From Candidatus Omnitrophota bacterium (GTDB lineage: Bacteria > Omnitrophota > Gorgyraeia > 2-01-FULL-45-10 > JAHFGN01): DNA of 64,000 nucleotides. The notes under the pieces are model-generated. The model was given only the letters and a program-made list of their open reading frames with translations, ran no database searches and was not told the DNA's origin. The stretch lies in NCBI GenBank assembly GCA_023247415.1, contig JAHFGN010000001.1:10062-74061 (forward strand), in the 5' to 3' direction. Shown piece after piece: positions 18,960-28,328 of the stretch. Made by a program: the position numbers and the translations under genes. Positions within the stretch are counted from its first letter, which is position 1, and every line of letters begins with the position of its first letter.

Positions 18960-21900
18960 ATGAAAAAAATTATAATTATTTTAGCTATAGCAGCATTTTT
19001 ATCTTCCAATATAGCGTTGGCTGAGCCGGCCAATACCCTCGCCCCGTCACTGCGATTCCAGAGTTCATTTCCACATGAGCGGCCACAGACGCAAGGCGAC
19101 TCTGTACTCTCCGACGTAAAATTATTCACCGTCCTATTTGCAATAGGTAAACAACTCCTGATCGATAACAGGCCTATCCGCGCCATTCCGCGCGCAATAA
19201 GAAATAAATTCGTATTCGATCCGTCATTTCTCGCGGGCATAGAACCTGATGGTATACGGCGGGATGGCAGTACGATAATCGTACCTTATTCGAAGGGCAC
19301 GAAGGATTATGAAATAAGGATAAGGCCGAAAGAGCTGTTGAAGGGATCGAGCGCCGGATGGAAGATCTCCGACAGATTCGGGGTGCAGGCTGTGGAAATC
19401 AAGAAAGCAGCCGCTGATTCCAGTTTCAGGATGGCGGCCGGGGGCGGCGGCCCATCTGCGCACCAGGATGCTCGAACAGCGATGCTGGCTGATGGCGGCT
19501 GGTCGCCGCTTCTTGAGGAGCTTCGATCCAGCCTGCAGCAGGCAGCGCAAAATCAGGACCAATCCAGGCTTTTCATCTTCCTGGACGCCTGCAATGAGGC
19601 CCAGGCGAGCGACCGAAAAAATCCGATCGAAAACCGATATCCGATACTGCATGCGGTAACCCTGCTTTCGAAAGAGGAGAAGCGTCAACTGATTGATATA
19701 TTACTTCAGCAGAACAATCAGGAGAAGCGTTACCAGTCAGCCGTAACAGATTCTATCCTTTTGATGCTGGCCAAAAACATCCCTCAGGAATGGCTGAACA
19801 GATGGGCCGGTAACATGGAAGGCCGCACCATCTGGGATGTATCCAGCGAGGCCTGGAATGCCGGCGGCGGTCTGGGCCGTGTCATACAGTATCGCGTCCT
19901 CGCCATGCTGAACCTCCTAAAAGGGCACAATACGCGCATTCGCACCGTCGAGCCGCACTATCAGGAAAATAGAGACGGCACAAAACTGTCCTACGAATCC
20001 CTCCCCCTGCCAATCGAGAATAAACAGAAGATAGACGAATTTGAAGTAAAGTTTGGGATGAAGAAGGCAAAGGCGATCTGTTATCGCGGCATAGTCCATT
20101 ATAAAGCGGAGGATAACCAGACATATGAAGTCGAGGCGTATCGGATTGAAGACGAAGGCGGGTACTATACAAAGTGCATGTATAAATACGGCTCGGGAGG
20201 CCATAATGACCCTATAGTCACATGGGAAGACTTCTCCGCGTTCTTCTCCACGGCATCCTTAGAACTGATGAAGCGCGTCGAAGAAAAAGAGATGAGAGAA
20301 AGACAGGGCAGAAAGCCCCCTGTCATCCACTTCAACGATTCCCAGTTAGCGCCCGCAGTGGAATATTACCTGCAGGATTATTACAGGGAACCCTCCTTGA
20401 GAGACGCCCTGGTTGTATTTCAAACGCACACTATACCAAACCGGCAGGACTATATTTGGGAAAGGGGAGTGCAGGCTGTGAAAGATATGGGCATACACGG
20501 CGAGGCCTATGCTAAAATTTGGCTGCACTTCGGGCATCACAGGCCAAAACAGGGAGGCGGTTGGGAGGCCGTTGTAGATTGGGCTTCAGCAGGCATACGC
20601 GACGCCGGTTTAGCGTTAGGCGTAAGCAGACAGCAGTTGAGTGTTATCGGCCCGTTTGATGAATGGAAAGTGGAAGAACAGGGGAAGCCGTATGTTGATC
20701 TTATTGCGGCGACAAACGGAGATCTGCGCGAATTGACAGCGATAGAGTTCAGGCGGATTATGCGGCAGGTATGCGGCAATGATGTCGATGTGGAGGAGCC
20801 GACCGTAGAACAGGTTTTAAAGACCAAACAAGCGGCAAAAAAGGCATTGGGGAGCGAGCTGAAGAGGTTGAAAAATAACACGATGTTAACATTAAACCCT
20901 GACCAGTATGTTGTATCTTATTCAGGAAGGCTTGTCCCTGAGAAGGTCAGCAGAACGCGGGCATTTACAAATGAAAATATCGAAGCGCTCGTAAAAATGG
21001 GTGTTCAAGTAATCATATACGGCAATGTTCAAAATAGCGATCCGAGCCGCGCGATAGAGCGAGAGCTGTTAGGCCTGGAAAGAGATCTTAAGGAAAAGGG
21101 TTATCTCGGGAAATTTATCTTCATCCCAAGTTTCACTCCGGGGGATCAGAGGCTGCTTCTGGCCGCAACAGATATTCAGGCGCAGGTTTCGGATCCAAAT
21201 ACCGAAGCCGCTGGCGCCACAGAATCTGATATTGCCGCCTGCGCCGGGTTAGAGCTCGCGCCGCACTGGCGTGAGGGGATATTGCAGGCCCAGGGCATTC
21301 CAATAAATCTGGATGAGACAGGCGAAGGCAGCATACTCATACCTCGGGAAGACAAGCCGGAATCATACCTGGAAATTTTGACCGGGGTTTTAAGCAAGAA
21401 ACCGCCGGAGCTCGCGGAATACCAGGCGACATCGGTTCGCTTAAGCCGCGTCTTAGAGGCTGTGCTCACATCGGCCGAGAATCTCAGGCAATACGACGCA
21501 GCCTTATCCAGGAGGGATATGAGCAGAAAAACGGCCAGTGGAGTGAGCGGGGTGATGAAAGAAATCCACAGGATCAACCTCGATATAGGCGTCTATCATG
21601 AAGCAGGCAGGACCTTCTGGCACGTGATACCGATAGAGCTTGTCCCGTATCCTATAAGGAATAAGTTTATAGATATTGTTGCCAGGATGAACCGCGATTA
21701 TCCGGACGCGCCTGAAAAGATAAAGATAGTGACTGAACACCAGGACCTGTTTGACATAGCAGGGAGGCTCTCGGCAGATAATGACGTAGACGTTGCCCTA
21801 TCCCGGCGCGGCGATATAGACAAACTGCCGGATGGAGTAAAGGCGCTCGTCTTTGAAGGCGAATTGGGAAACTTCAGACAGCTGGAGGGGGTGCTCGCCT

Positions 21901-22124
21901 GTTTGAGAGCGTTGTCCATAAAGAATAGCGCGGAAAGATCAGATAAGTTGTCAAGGCTTTATAAACTTTTGACCGGCGAAGATCCGAAAAAAATACCGGA
22001 TATATCCGACCCGAAAACATTTGCCCGAAACTTTATATTCATCCTGCCGCCCATTGCAGTCGAGAATTACGAATACCTGCGAAAGTTAAACTCCAACCTT
22101 CTCCACCTCATCGAATCCGCATAG
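18960..22124 (+). CDS. Giant modular protein 2: signal peptide, GT-B alpha-glucan phosphorylase/glycogen synthase-like domain, family C-terminal domain
   Basis: MKKIIIILAIAAFLSSNIALA|EPANTLAP; GGGLG, HFND, FQTHT, GVSR, TNG, GRLVPEK, EAAGAT motifs. Start could also be 18954 or 18948. Confidence 0.75.
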   Translation: MKKIIIILAIAAFLSSNIALAEPANTLAPSLRFQSSFPHERPQTQGDSVLSDVKLFTVLFAIGKQLLIDNRPIRAIPRAIRNKFVFDPSFLAGIEPDGIRRDGSTIIVPYSKGTKDYEIRIRPKELLKGSSAGWKISDRFGVQAVEIKKAAADSSFRMAAGGGGPSAHQDARTAMLADGGWSPLLEELRSSLQQAAQNQDQSRLFIFLDACNEAQASDRKNPIENRYPILHAVTLLSKEEKRQLIDILLQQNNQEKRYQSAVTDSILLMLAKNIPQEWLNRWAGNMEGRTIWDVSSEAWNAGGGLGRVIQYRVLAMLNLLKGHNTRIRTVEPHYQENRDGTKLSYESLPLPIENKQKIDEFEVKFGMKKAKAICYRGIVHYKAEDNQTYEVEAYRIEDEGGYYTKCMYKYGSGGHNDPIVTWEDFSAFFSTASLELMKRVEEKEMRERQGRKPPVIHFNDSQLAPAVEYYLQDYYREPSLRDALVVFQTHTIPNRQDYIWERGVQAVKDMGIHGEAYAKIWLHFGHHRPKQGGGWEAVVDWASAGIRDAGLALGVSRQQLSVIGPFDEWKVEEQGKPYVDLIAATNGDLRELTAIEFRRIMRQVCGNDVDVEEPTVEQVLKTKQAAKKALGSELKRLKNNTMLTLNPDQYVVSYSGRLVPEKVSRTRAFTNENIEALVKMGVQVIIYGNVQNSDPSRAIERELLGLERDLKEKGYLGKFIFIPSFTPGDQRLLLAATDIQAQVSDPNTEAAGATESDIAACAGLELAPHWREGILQAQGIPINLDETGEGSILIPREDKPESYLEILTGVLSKKPPELAEYQATSVRLSRVLEAVLTSAENLRQYDAALSRRDMSRKTASGVSGVMKEIHRINLDIGVYHEAGRTFWHVIPIELVPYPIRNKFIDIVARMNRDYPDAPEKIKIVTEHQDLFDIAGRLSADNDVDVALSRRGDIDKLPDGVKALVFEGELGNFRQLEGVLACLRALSIKNSAERSDKLSRLYKLLTGEDPKKIPDISDPKTFARNFIFILPPIAVENYEYLRKLNSNLLHLIESA

Positions 22125-22165
22125 CGCATTAGTAACAGATTAGCGTAGAGAAGTATCCCGACGAT

Positions 22166-22197
22166 GTCGTAGGGGACATTTAAATGTCCCCTACGAC
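22166..22197. repeat. 32-bp perfect GTAG-type palindrome (REP-like)
   Basis: GTCGTAGGGGACATTT-AAATGTCCCCTACGAC. Confidence 0.8.
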
Positions 22198-22270
22198 GGA
22201 AGCACTTCTTTTGGCTAATCTATTACGCGCATTAGCAGAATTAAGATTTAAAAAAGTTATATGTTGGCTA

Positions 22271-22321
22271 TTGACAATGTCTAATTTATCATTATACTTA
22301 TGTGGTTTTAAGTTAATAAAA
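22271..22321 (+). promoter_or_regulatory. Conserved giant-gene promoter, copy 2
   Basis: TTGACA-16 bp-TATACT-TATGTGGTTTTAAGTTAATAAAA; AAAGGAG RBS before ATG 22359. Confidence 0.8.
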
Positions 22322-22358
22322 TAGTTTAACAAAGACATATATAAAAAGGAGCCAAAAG

Positions 22359-25300
22359 ATGAGTAAGCGGGCAATAGCCAAAATCGTATCTCTGCTGTTA
22401 ATTCCTTCTTTTTTCGCCTCTGATATCGCCTTTGCGGCGAATATCAGGGACGCGCTTGCGCCATATTCCGGTCTAGAGCTTGCAAATGGTAAGGATGAGG
22501 AAAATCCTGTCCTTGCCGCAAGGCAAAATAAGGTACGGGCCCTGGTGAAAGCGAAGATGGCAGAGTCTCTGGCAAGGGCCATGTATGGAAGGTTGAAGAA
22601 ACATAACGATATATCTGCCGAAGTTATAAGACAGACAGTTGCCGCTGATGTAAAGAACTGGAGCGTTATGCGCCAAGCGGCGAGCGGCAGCAGCATAACC
22701 GTTAAGAGATTTAGGGGCGCAGATAAGGAAATAGATAAAGGCAATACCTTTGTCATCGCAACCGGCGGCGGAGACTGCGCAGGGCTCAATCCAGCGATAG
22801 CGGCATTCATTCGCGAGATGCAGAAAGAGGGAAAAAACGTCCTGGGTGTTAAGGAGGGCTACAAAGGAGTCGCATCGCCGGAATTCTTGAAGAAGTACGC
22901 CGTCTTATTGGAAAATGAGGATGCCGGCCATATCCAAGGCCTGGCCTCTACGGTCCTCGCATCCTCCAGAGAGAATCCTTACGAGATAGATGCCGCCGGC
23001 GAATTAAAAGATCCGAATAGGATCGAAAACTGCCGGAAAAACCTCGATGGGTTCGCTGGATTCGCGATAATAGGCGGTGAGGACAATATGGGTGTCGCAG
23101 GGCAATTCTCTACGGATGAGAAATTGCCCAAGCAGGTAGCGGCCATTCCAAAGAGCATCGACAATGACGTGGATACGCAGATGCTCGGTTTCCATACAGC
23201 TTGGACTGAAGCGAGGGATATATTCTACGCGCCGCGCCTTGAGGGCGCGATGGCGCAAGCCGAGAAAGAATTTGATGAGATTATAGAAAGATTTGTAAGC
23301 ACAGCGGTATCCGCCGATGCCCACAAAAAATATAATGTGACGCTTGCGCAGGGCGACCAGGCCAAAAAAGCCGGCGCCTGGCTGGCCAACTTCATACACA
23401 GCGCGAATCCTAACGCCGACCCCATATTTCAGAGACTGCCTGCGCCGCTTAAGATTCACCTTCTGCATTTAAGGGATTCCATCGTGGTCCTGACCCCAGA
23501 CGAACCCCGCAGCCTAAAGGATATAGTGGCAACCTCATATAATATTTATAAGAAGAAACGGACGGCGAACGTCTTATTAGTCGATGGATTTGTGTTTGGC
23601 AAGGATGAAGATGGCTATACGAAAGAGGCTATAGCTAAGGACCATCTCCTAAAGGCGTTGTACGAAGGACAAGAACCGCCGTATGCCCCTGATTTTATTG
23701 AACACAAGGCGCATCTTGTGAGAAGGGGCATGATATACCACCTCGCAAAACTGCCTCATGCTAATGTGAAGGGCGGTCAAGATGTGCGGTTTTCAATGGT
23801 TGGACGGATGGATGTCAGTAGATCCAAGTATTCTGTGACTGAGATCATGGGCCGTAAGGCAGGATGGCTTGCCCTATATGCGGGATCGAAATATCCAAAG
23901 GACTTTGAGGAGCTGCCGATTGAACTGCAAAAGGCCGTCGAAGAGAAGAGGGCCCATGTGCTTATATTGACGCCGGAAAAGCCCGCGACTCTAAAAGAAA
24001 TTGTTGATGAGGCTGGCCGGATATGGAAGGATACAGGCCGATGCGACATATTAGTGGCAGAAGGGCTCTCTTTTTCTAAAGACGATGAGTATCTCAAAAA
24101 ATTACTTGAAAATAACAAAGTCCTGAATGCCTATTATGATGAGCAGGTGGTCCACCCTGCCTATGACAGCCACGGCCACCCGAAGTTGGAAGGCATAGGC
24201 TGGTTTGTGAGGTGGGCTATATCGCATTTTCTTCATGAAGAGCTGGCGTATATCCCTGAATGGAAGATGAGTTATGAATTAAGGGGGCTTGCGCCGGATG
24301 AGTATGACACGCGTTTAGGCGAGGCATTTGGAAGAAAGGCCGCAGAGCTTCTCTTATCCGGCTCAAGCGGCAAAGCTGTAACACTGCCTGATGGACTGGA
24401 ACCAATATACGAAAACATACAGGTTCGGCCGATAGCGGATGCAGTGCGGCAGAAGAACATAACAACACAGGTTGAACGCGGACTCCTCACCGAGGAAGAG
24501 TTGAGGCGGCAGGGCGTTTTTCAAAATTTACGCCGGGCAGCCAGCGGCAGCGCCAACGTAGAACGTTTCAAACGTGAAAGAGAGATTATTAAAAATATAT
24601 TGAAGGCGCAAAATATCAGCTTGCCAGCCGGCATAAGCGCAGGCGAGGTCCTCTCCATGCTAGAATTCGCTGACGCGAAGGGCCACGTCGCGATCGTCGC
24701 GCTCGACCAGGGAACGCTTATACAATGGGTGGATCCGAAGGCCGATAAAAAAGATCCGTCACAGGAGTCTATAGATAAAGGCACTGTGGTCAGGTTGACG
24801 ATCATGTACTATTTGGCCAATGGGATGCGAGCTAAAAACAGACGCGTCGGTTTTCTGCTGGATAAGCCCGCTTTGCAGGCAATCTCTAACGAAGGATCTG
24901 AAGGGGCTCGCGCCGCTAAACTGATCGCCAGAGGCACTCTGCCTCCGGATTTCATGGATGTTATAAAGGATATGCCGCTTGTGGCGCAGATAGAAGAAGC
25001 AAGAGGAGAGCGCGGAGTGGCAAAAGGCGTTTACTACACTGCCAAAAAGCGGGATGGCAACTTTAGCGTAGAAGAGGCGGTCAAGCTTGGCAGTCGCCTG
25101 ATAAAATCGAATGTCTTCTTCTATTGCGGCGGCGAACTGACAGAGGAAGAAAAGGAGTTTAATAAAAAACAGTGGGAGTTTATAGGAGAAGTCGCGAAGG
25201 AATGCCGGGAATTTGGCATAGGATATGTCAGTGAGCTCTTATATCTGGTGCCGCCGGAGATGTTAACGAGGCATAATACAGACGAGAAGTCATACAGGGC

Positions 25301-28300
25301 TACGCCGGAATTTATGAATGCCCACAAAGCGGCTACAATTATAGCGGCTGAAAGGATGCTCAAGATACCAGGCCTTACGCTTGCCAAATCAGCCCACCCA
25401 TATCCCGGAGAGGCCGGTTGGAAAAGTGTGAGCCCTGCTGAAAGGAAAGAAGCCCTCAAGCAGGTCGCCAATGTTGCTGGCAATAGATGGCTCATCTTAA
25501 GCGCGGATGAGCCTTGGGAGACATTCCGTCTTAAAGTAGAAGAAGCGGCTATATATGGTCAGATGGCAGGCATACTTGTCGGCCGTTCTCCCATTAAGAA
25601 CATCACACAAAAGGTTACAATAGACGGCAAGAATATAGATATGCTTAAGCCGGATGACGCAGTCAAGGATATTCTACAAACCGAAGGCGTGGAGAAACTA
25701 TTGGAGCTTCTCGGCTATATCGATAACGCGCCGGCGAACGTATGGAGAGGCCTCGGCTTCGGCGATAATTTCCATCCGCAAGCGATAAAAGATCAACTCG
25801 ACTATGCCCGCTATTCAGGAAGCGGTTTCACGTATGTCTATACGCCGGAGGACTTAATCGGAGATCCTGATGTTGTGAAAGGGCCTGAACAGGGATATAG
25901 CTGGGCAGGATACGGCATCTCAGCCTTTTTTGGGCTGGCGAAAAGGTTAATAGCGGAGATATGGTACCACTCTGTGCAGAAAGACGGACTTTCCAAGGTT
26001 CCTGGCGCAACACACGACAAGCTTCGTGAAGATATCGAAGGCGAGAAATCCGTATTCGCCAAGATTATGGGAAAAGACGAAACCCAGCCGCAGGTGGTTC
26101 ATATAGGCTTTAATGAGAAGATAGGGCCGGGCGGCGAACAGAAGCAACTATTTGTAGATCTGTGCGTAAGAGAGCGCAGATTGGTGAAAAGGCTAAAGAG
26201 AGAGTTGGAGAAATATATACATACCGAAGCCGAATTCGTTCGGTATCAAAAGGCATACGCGGCGTGGGTCAGCAGGCAGAGCGCTATCGGAGTCAAGTGG
26301 ACAAACCCCGGACTGCCAGAGCTTCCTGAGTTTATGGCGGGATTCGACATGCCAATATTCGAGGCGATACAAAATGTCAGGGCAGAGATAGTGCGCTATT
26401 TTAATGAGATCGAATTAAAGCCCGGACAGTTTATCCGTTCCCCGGTTGGATTTATCCATTCCATAGTTGGCTCTTATCAGGGGCATCCCTTGAGCGGCAA
26501 AAAGGCAAAGAATGAGGCGTGGTATATCTTCTCAATCGGCAAAGACGCCGAAGGACATGACAGGCTGCTGTATTTCGAGCCGCAGCAAACATCGAATACA
26601 ACCTATAGTCCGCTCGATTTTCCTACTCCTATAGTCTGGAAGAATGGAGGGGCGGAGATGAGAAAAGATATAGGCGCGGGGATAGATAAGGATATAGATG
26701 AATTGCTGCAAGACGGAGATAGCACGCCGGCGAATGATGAAGACGCGGTCAAAGTAATCGCCGAGAGGGCATTCTACTATAGGCCGGCAAACCCGGATGA
26801 GTTCGTAGTAAATAGCTTCGAAAATGTCACGAGCGGCGGGTTATACGCGTATCCGAAAAACGCGCGGGCAGAGTCTTTGATAGAAGGGAAAAACGCGTAT
26901 CCGAATTGGCCGGAAGACCTATTTACGCTTCACAGAATTATCTTAGTAGGCGACAGCAAGAAAAAAGAGTATGCCTTAATAACAGTCAGGCCGCCGCCAG
27001 AAGCGTATAGGTTCGACGAATTCTTCGTCATAAAAGGCAAGGTGAAGGCCAGGATAGGCGGGCAATGGTATCCGCAAGTTCTCGCTCCAGGGGCTTCTAT
27101 CTTAGTGACTGATCCGCGCAGCCAAATCGAGATACGGGCCGAAGGCGAGGCCGAGGTCCTAAGGCTGTATCATACAAAGCAAGGGCCATCACCGCGTTTG
27201 GCAAAAGCAGGCGAGGCTGTGGGGACTTCGAAAGCAGCGGAGTGGGTGAAACTTATTAAAGATCCAAATTCTTCTGAAGGCATCCGTCGTAAAGCAGCCG
27301 ATGATTTGGGCCTAATCGAATCTGTCCCGGAAGAGGCTGTCACAAGCCTTATTGAAATGTTAGACAGCGAAGACAAAGGAGTTCTAAAATATGTGGTTAT
27401 GGCATTAGGAAACATCAGGGTAAAGCGCGTTGTCCAAGGGCTTGTAGATATGCTTTCTCAAGAGGATTTTGACATGGAGGTGCGAATAGAACTTATTATC
27501 GCGCTGGGAAAAATCGGCGAACGTATGAGTGATGATTCGCAAATAAGAGCGGCCCTGGAAAATATTCTGAAGAATTTAAGCCAGATAGACCTTAACCATG
27601 CCGCCCGGTACACTCTGACTAATATGGACGCCGCTAAAAAGATGGCCGAACTCCTTAAAGATCGTACCAGCGCAAATGGAACTGATCTTCAACAGGAGAC
27701 GGCTGAAGAAGACGTAGAGACTAAAGTTGCCGGATGGAACAAAATTGATGCAGACTCCTTGCTGGGGACTCTCGCCGCCATCAGGGTAAGAAATGGGCAA
27801 TTGCGAAAGGGCCCTATCCTCATAGCCTATGACACCGGATTAGAGGAATTCCCCACCGGCCATGTAGCTCAGGCAGCGGATGCCAAGATAAATGAATATC
27901 TGGATGGAGGGCTCGTCAGTGTTCGCGGCACAGGGGAGAAGCTGCTTGAGGCCATTAAAGAGGTTGTCGCGGCTAAAGGTTTGAATCCAAAAGATGTGGT
28001 AGTCATAGCCGGAGACAATACCGCGGAGGCAGCGCGTAAATTTGGGACTGTCATCCATGTCAAAAATACAGATGGCCAGTTCCTGCCCATAATAGAATTC
28101 TACAACCTCGCGTTGAAGATACTATACGGCCTCGGCGAAGATGAGATCCTGGAATCCCTCAAGCGTATAGGCGGGGCGGAGTCATTCACAACAGAAGATG
28201 TGCGAAAGCTGTTTAGCGCGGGAATCATCAGGATACTGCCGAAGACGTTCCCGATAAGACATGCGGATGCTGTCGAGGCGTACAGAGCTACTCGCCGCGC

Positions 28301-28316
28301 GTTAGAATCGTTGTAA
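22359..28316 (+). CDS. Giant modular protein 3: signal peptide, phosphofructokinase, class I (LacD-like) aldolase, type I phosphomannose isomerase-like cupin, HEAT-like repeats, family C-terminal domain
   Basis: PFK: TGGGDCAGLN, GGEDN, PKSIDND, EIMGRKAGW. Aldolase: ALDQ, AKS, WLILSA, GILVGR. PMI: EIWY, PVGFIHSI, EPQQTSNTTY. HEAT-like: RRKAADDLG, VVMALG, IIALGKIG. Confidence 0.85.
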   Translation: MSKRAIAKIVSLLLIPSFFASDIAFAANIRDALAPYSGLELANGKDEENPVLAARQNKVRALVKAKMAESLARAMYGRLKKHNDISAEVIRQTVAADVKNWSVMRQAASGSSITVKRFRGADKEIDKGNTFVIATGGGDCAGLNPAIAAFIREMQKEGKNVLGVKEGYKGVASPEFLKKYAVLLENEDAGHIQGLASTVLASSRENPYEIDAAGELKDPNRIENCRKNLDGFAGFAIIGGEDNMGVAGQFSTDEKLPKQVAAIPKSIDNDVDTQMLGFHTAWTEARDIFYAPRLEGAMAQAEKEFDEIIERFVSTAVSADAHKKYNVTLAQGDQAKKAGAWLANFIHSANPNADPIFQRLPAPLKIHLLHLRDSIVVLTPDEPRSLKDIVATSYNIYKKKRTANVLLVDGFVFGKDEDGYTKEAIAKDHLLKALYEGQEPPYAPDFIEHKAHLVRRGMIYHLAKLPHANVKGGQDVRFSMVGRMDVSRSKYSVTEIMGRKAGWLALYAGSKYPKDFEELPIELQKAVEEKRAHVLILTPEKPATLKEIVDEAGRIWKDTGRCDILVAEGLSFSKDDEYLKKLLENNKVLNAYYDEQVVHPAYDSHGHPKLEGIGWFVRWAISHFLHEELAYIPEWKMSYELRGLAPDEYDTRLGEAFGRKAAELLLSGSSGKAVTLPDGLEPIYENIQVRPIADAVRQKNITTQVERGLLTEEELRRQGVFQNLRRAASGSANVERFKREREIIKNILKAQNISLPAGISAGEVLSMLEFADAKGHVAIVALDQGTLIQWVDPKADKKDPSQESIDKGTVVRLTIMYYLANGMRAKNRRVGFLLDKPALQAISNEGSEGARAAKLIARGTLPPDFMDVIKDMPLVAQIEEARGERGVAKGVYYTAKKRDGNFSVEEAVKLGSRLIKSNVFFYCGGELTEEEKEFNKKQWEFIGEVAKECREFGIGYVSELLYLVPPEMLTRHNTDEKSYRATPEFMNAHKAATIIAAERMLKIPGLTLAKSAHPYPGEAGWKSVSPAERKEALKQVANVAGNRWLILSADEPWETFRLKVEEAAIYGQMAGILVGRSPIKNITQKVTIDGKNIDMLKPDDAVKDILQTEGVEKLLELLGYIDNAPANVWRGLGFGDNFHPQAIKDQLDYARYSGSGFTYVYTPEDLIGDPDVVKGPEQGYSWAGYGISAFFGLAKRLIAEIWYHSVQKDGLSKVPGATHDKLREDIEGEKSVFAKIMGKDETQPQVVHIGFNEKIGPGGEQKQLFVDLCVRERRLVKRLKRELEKYIHTEAEFVRYQKAYAAWVSRQSAIGVKWTNPGLPELPEFMAGFDMPIFEAIQNVRAEIVRYFNEIELKPGQFIRSPVGFIHSIVGSYQGHPLSGKKAKNEAWYIFSIGKDAEGHDRLLYFEPQQTSNTTYSPLDFPTPIVWKNGGAEMRKDIGAGIDKDIDELLQDGDSTPANDEDAVKVIAERAFYYRPANPDEFVVNSFENVTSGGLYAYPKNARAESLIEGKNAYPNWPEDLFTLHRIILVGDSKKKEYALITVRPPPEAYRFDEFFVIKGKVKARIGGQWYPQVLAPGASILVTDPRSQIEIRAEGEAEVLRLYHTKQGPSPRLAKAGEAVGTSKAAEWVKLIKDPNSSEGIRRKAADDLGLIESVPEEAVTSLIEMLDSEDKGVLKYVVMALGNIRVKRVVQGLVDMLSQEDFDMEVRIELIIALGKIGERMSDDSQIRAALENILKNLSQIDLNHAARYTLTNMDAAKKMAELLKDRTSANGTDLQQETAEEDVETKVAGWNKIDADSLLGTLAAIRVRNGQLRKGPILIAYDTGLEEFPTGHVAQAADAKINEYLDGGLVSVRGTGEKLLEAIKEVVAAKGLNPKDVVVIAGDNTAEAARKFGTVIHVKNTDGQFLPIIEFYNLALKILYGLGEDEILESLKRIGGAESFTTEDVRKLFSAGIIRILPKTFPIRHADAVEAYRATRRALESL

Positions 28317-28328
28317 AAATGCCTAAAA

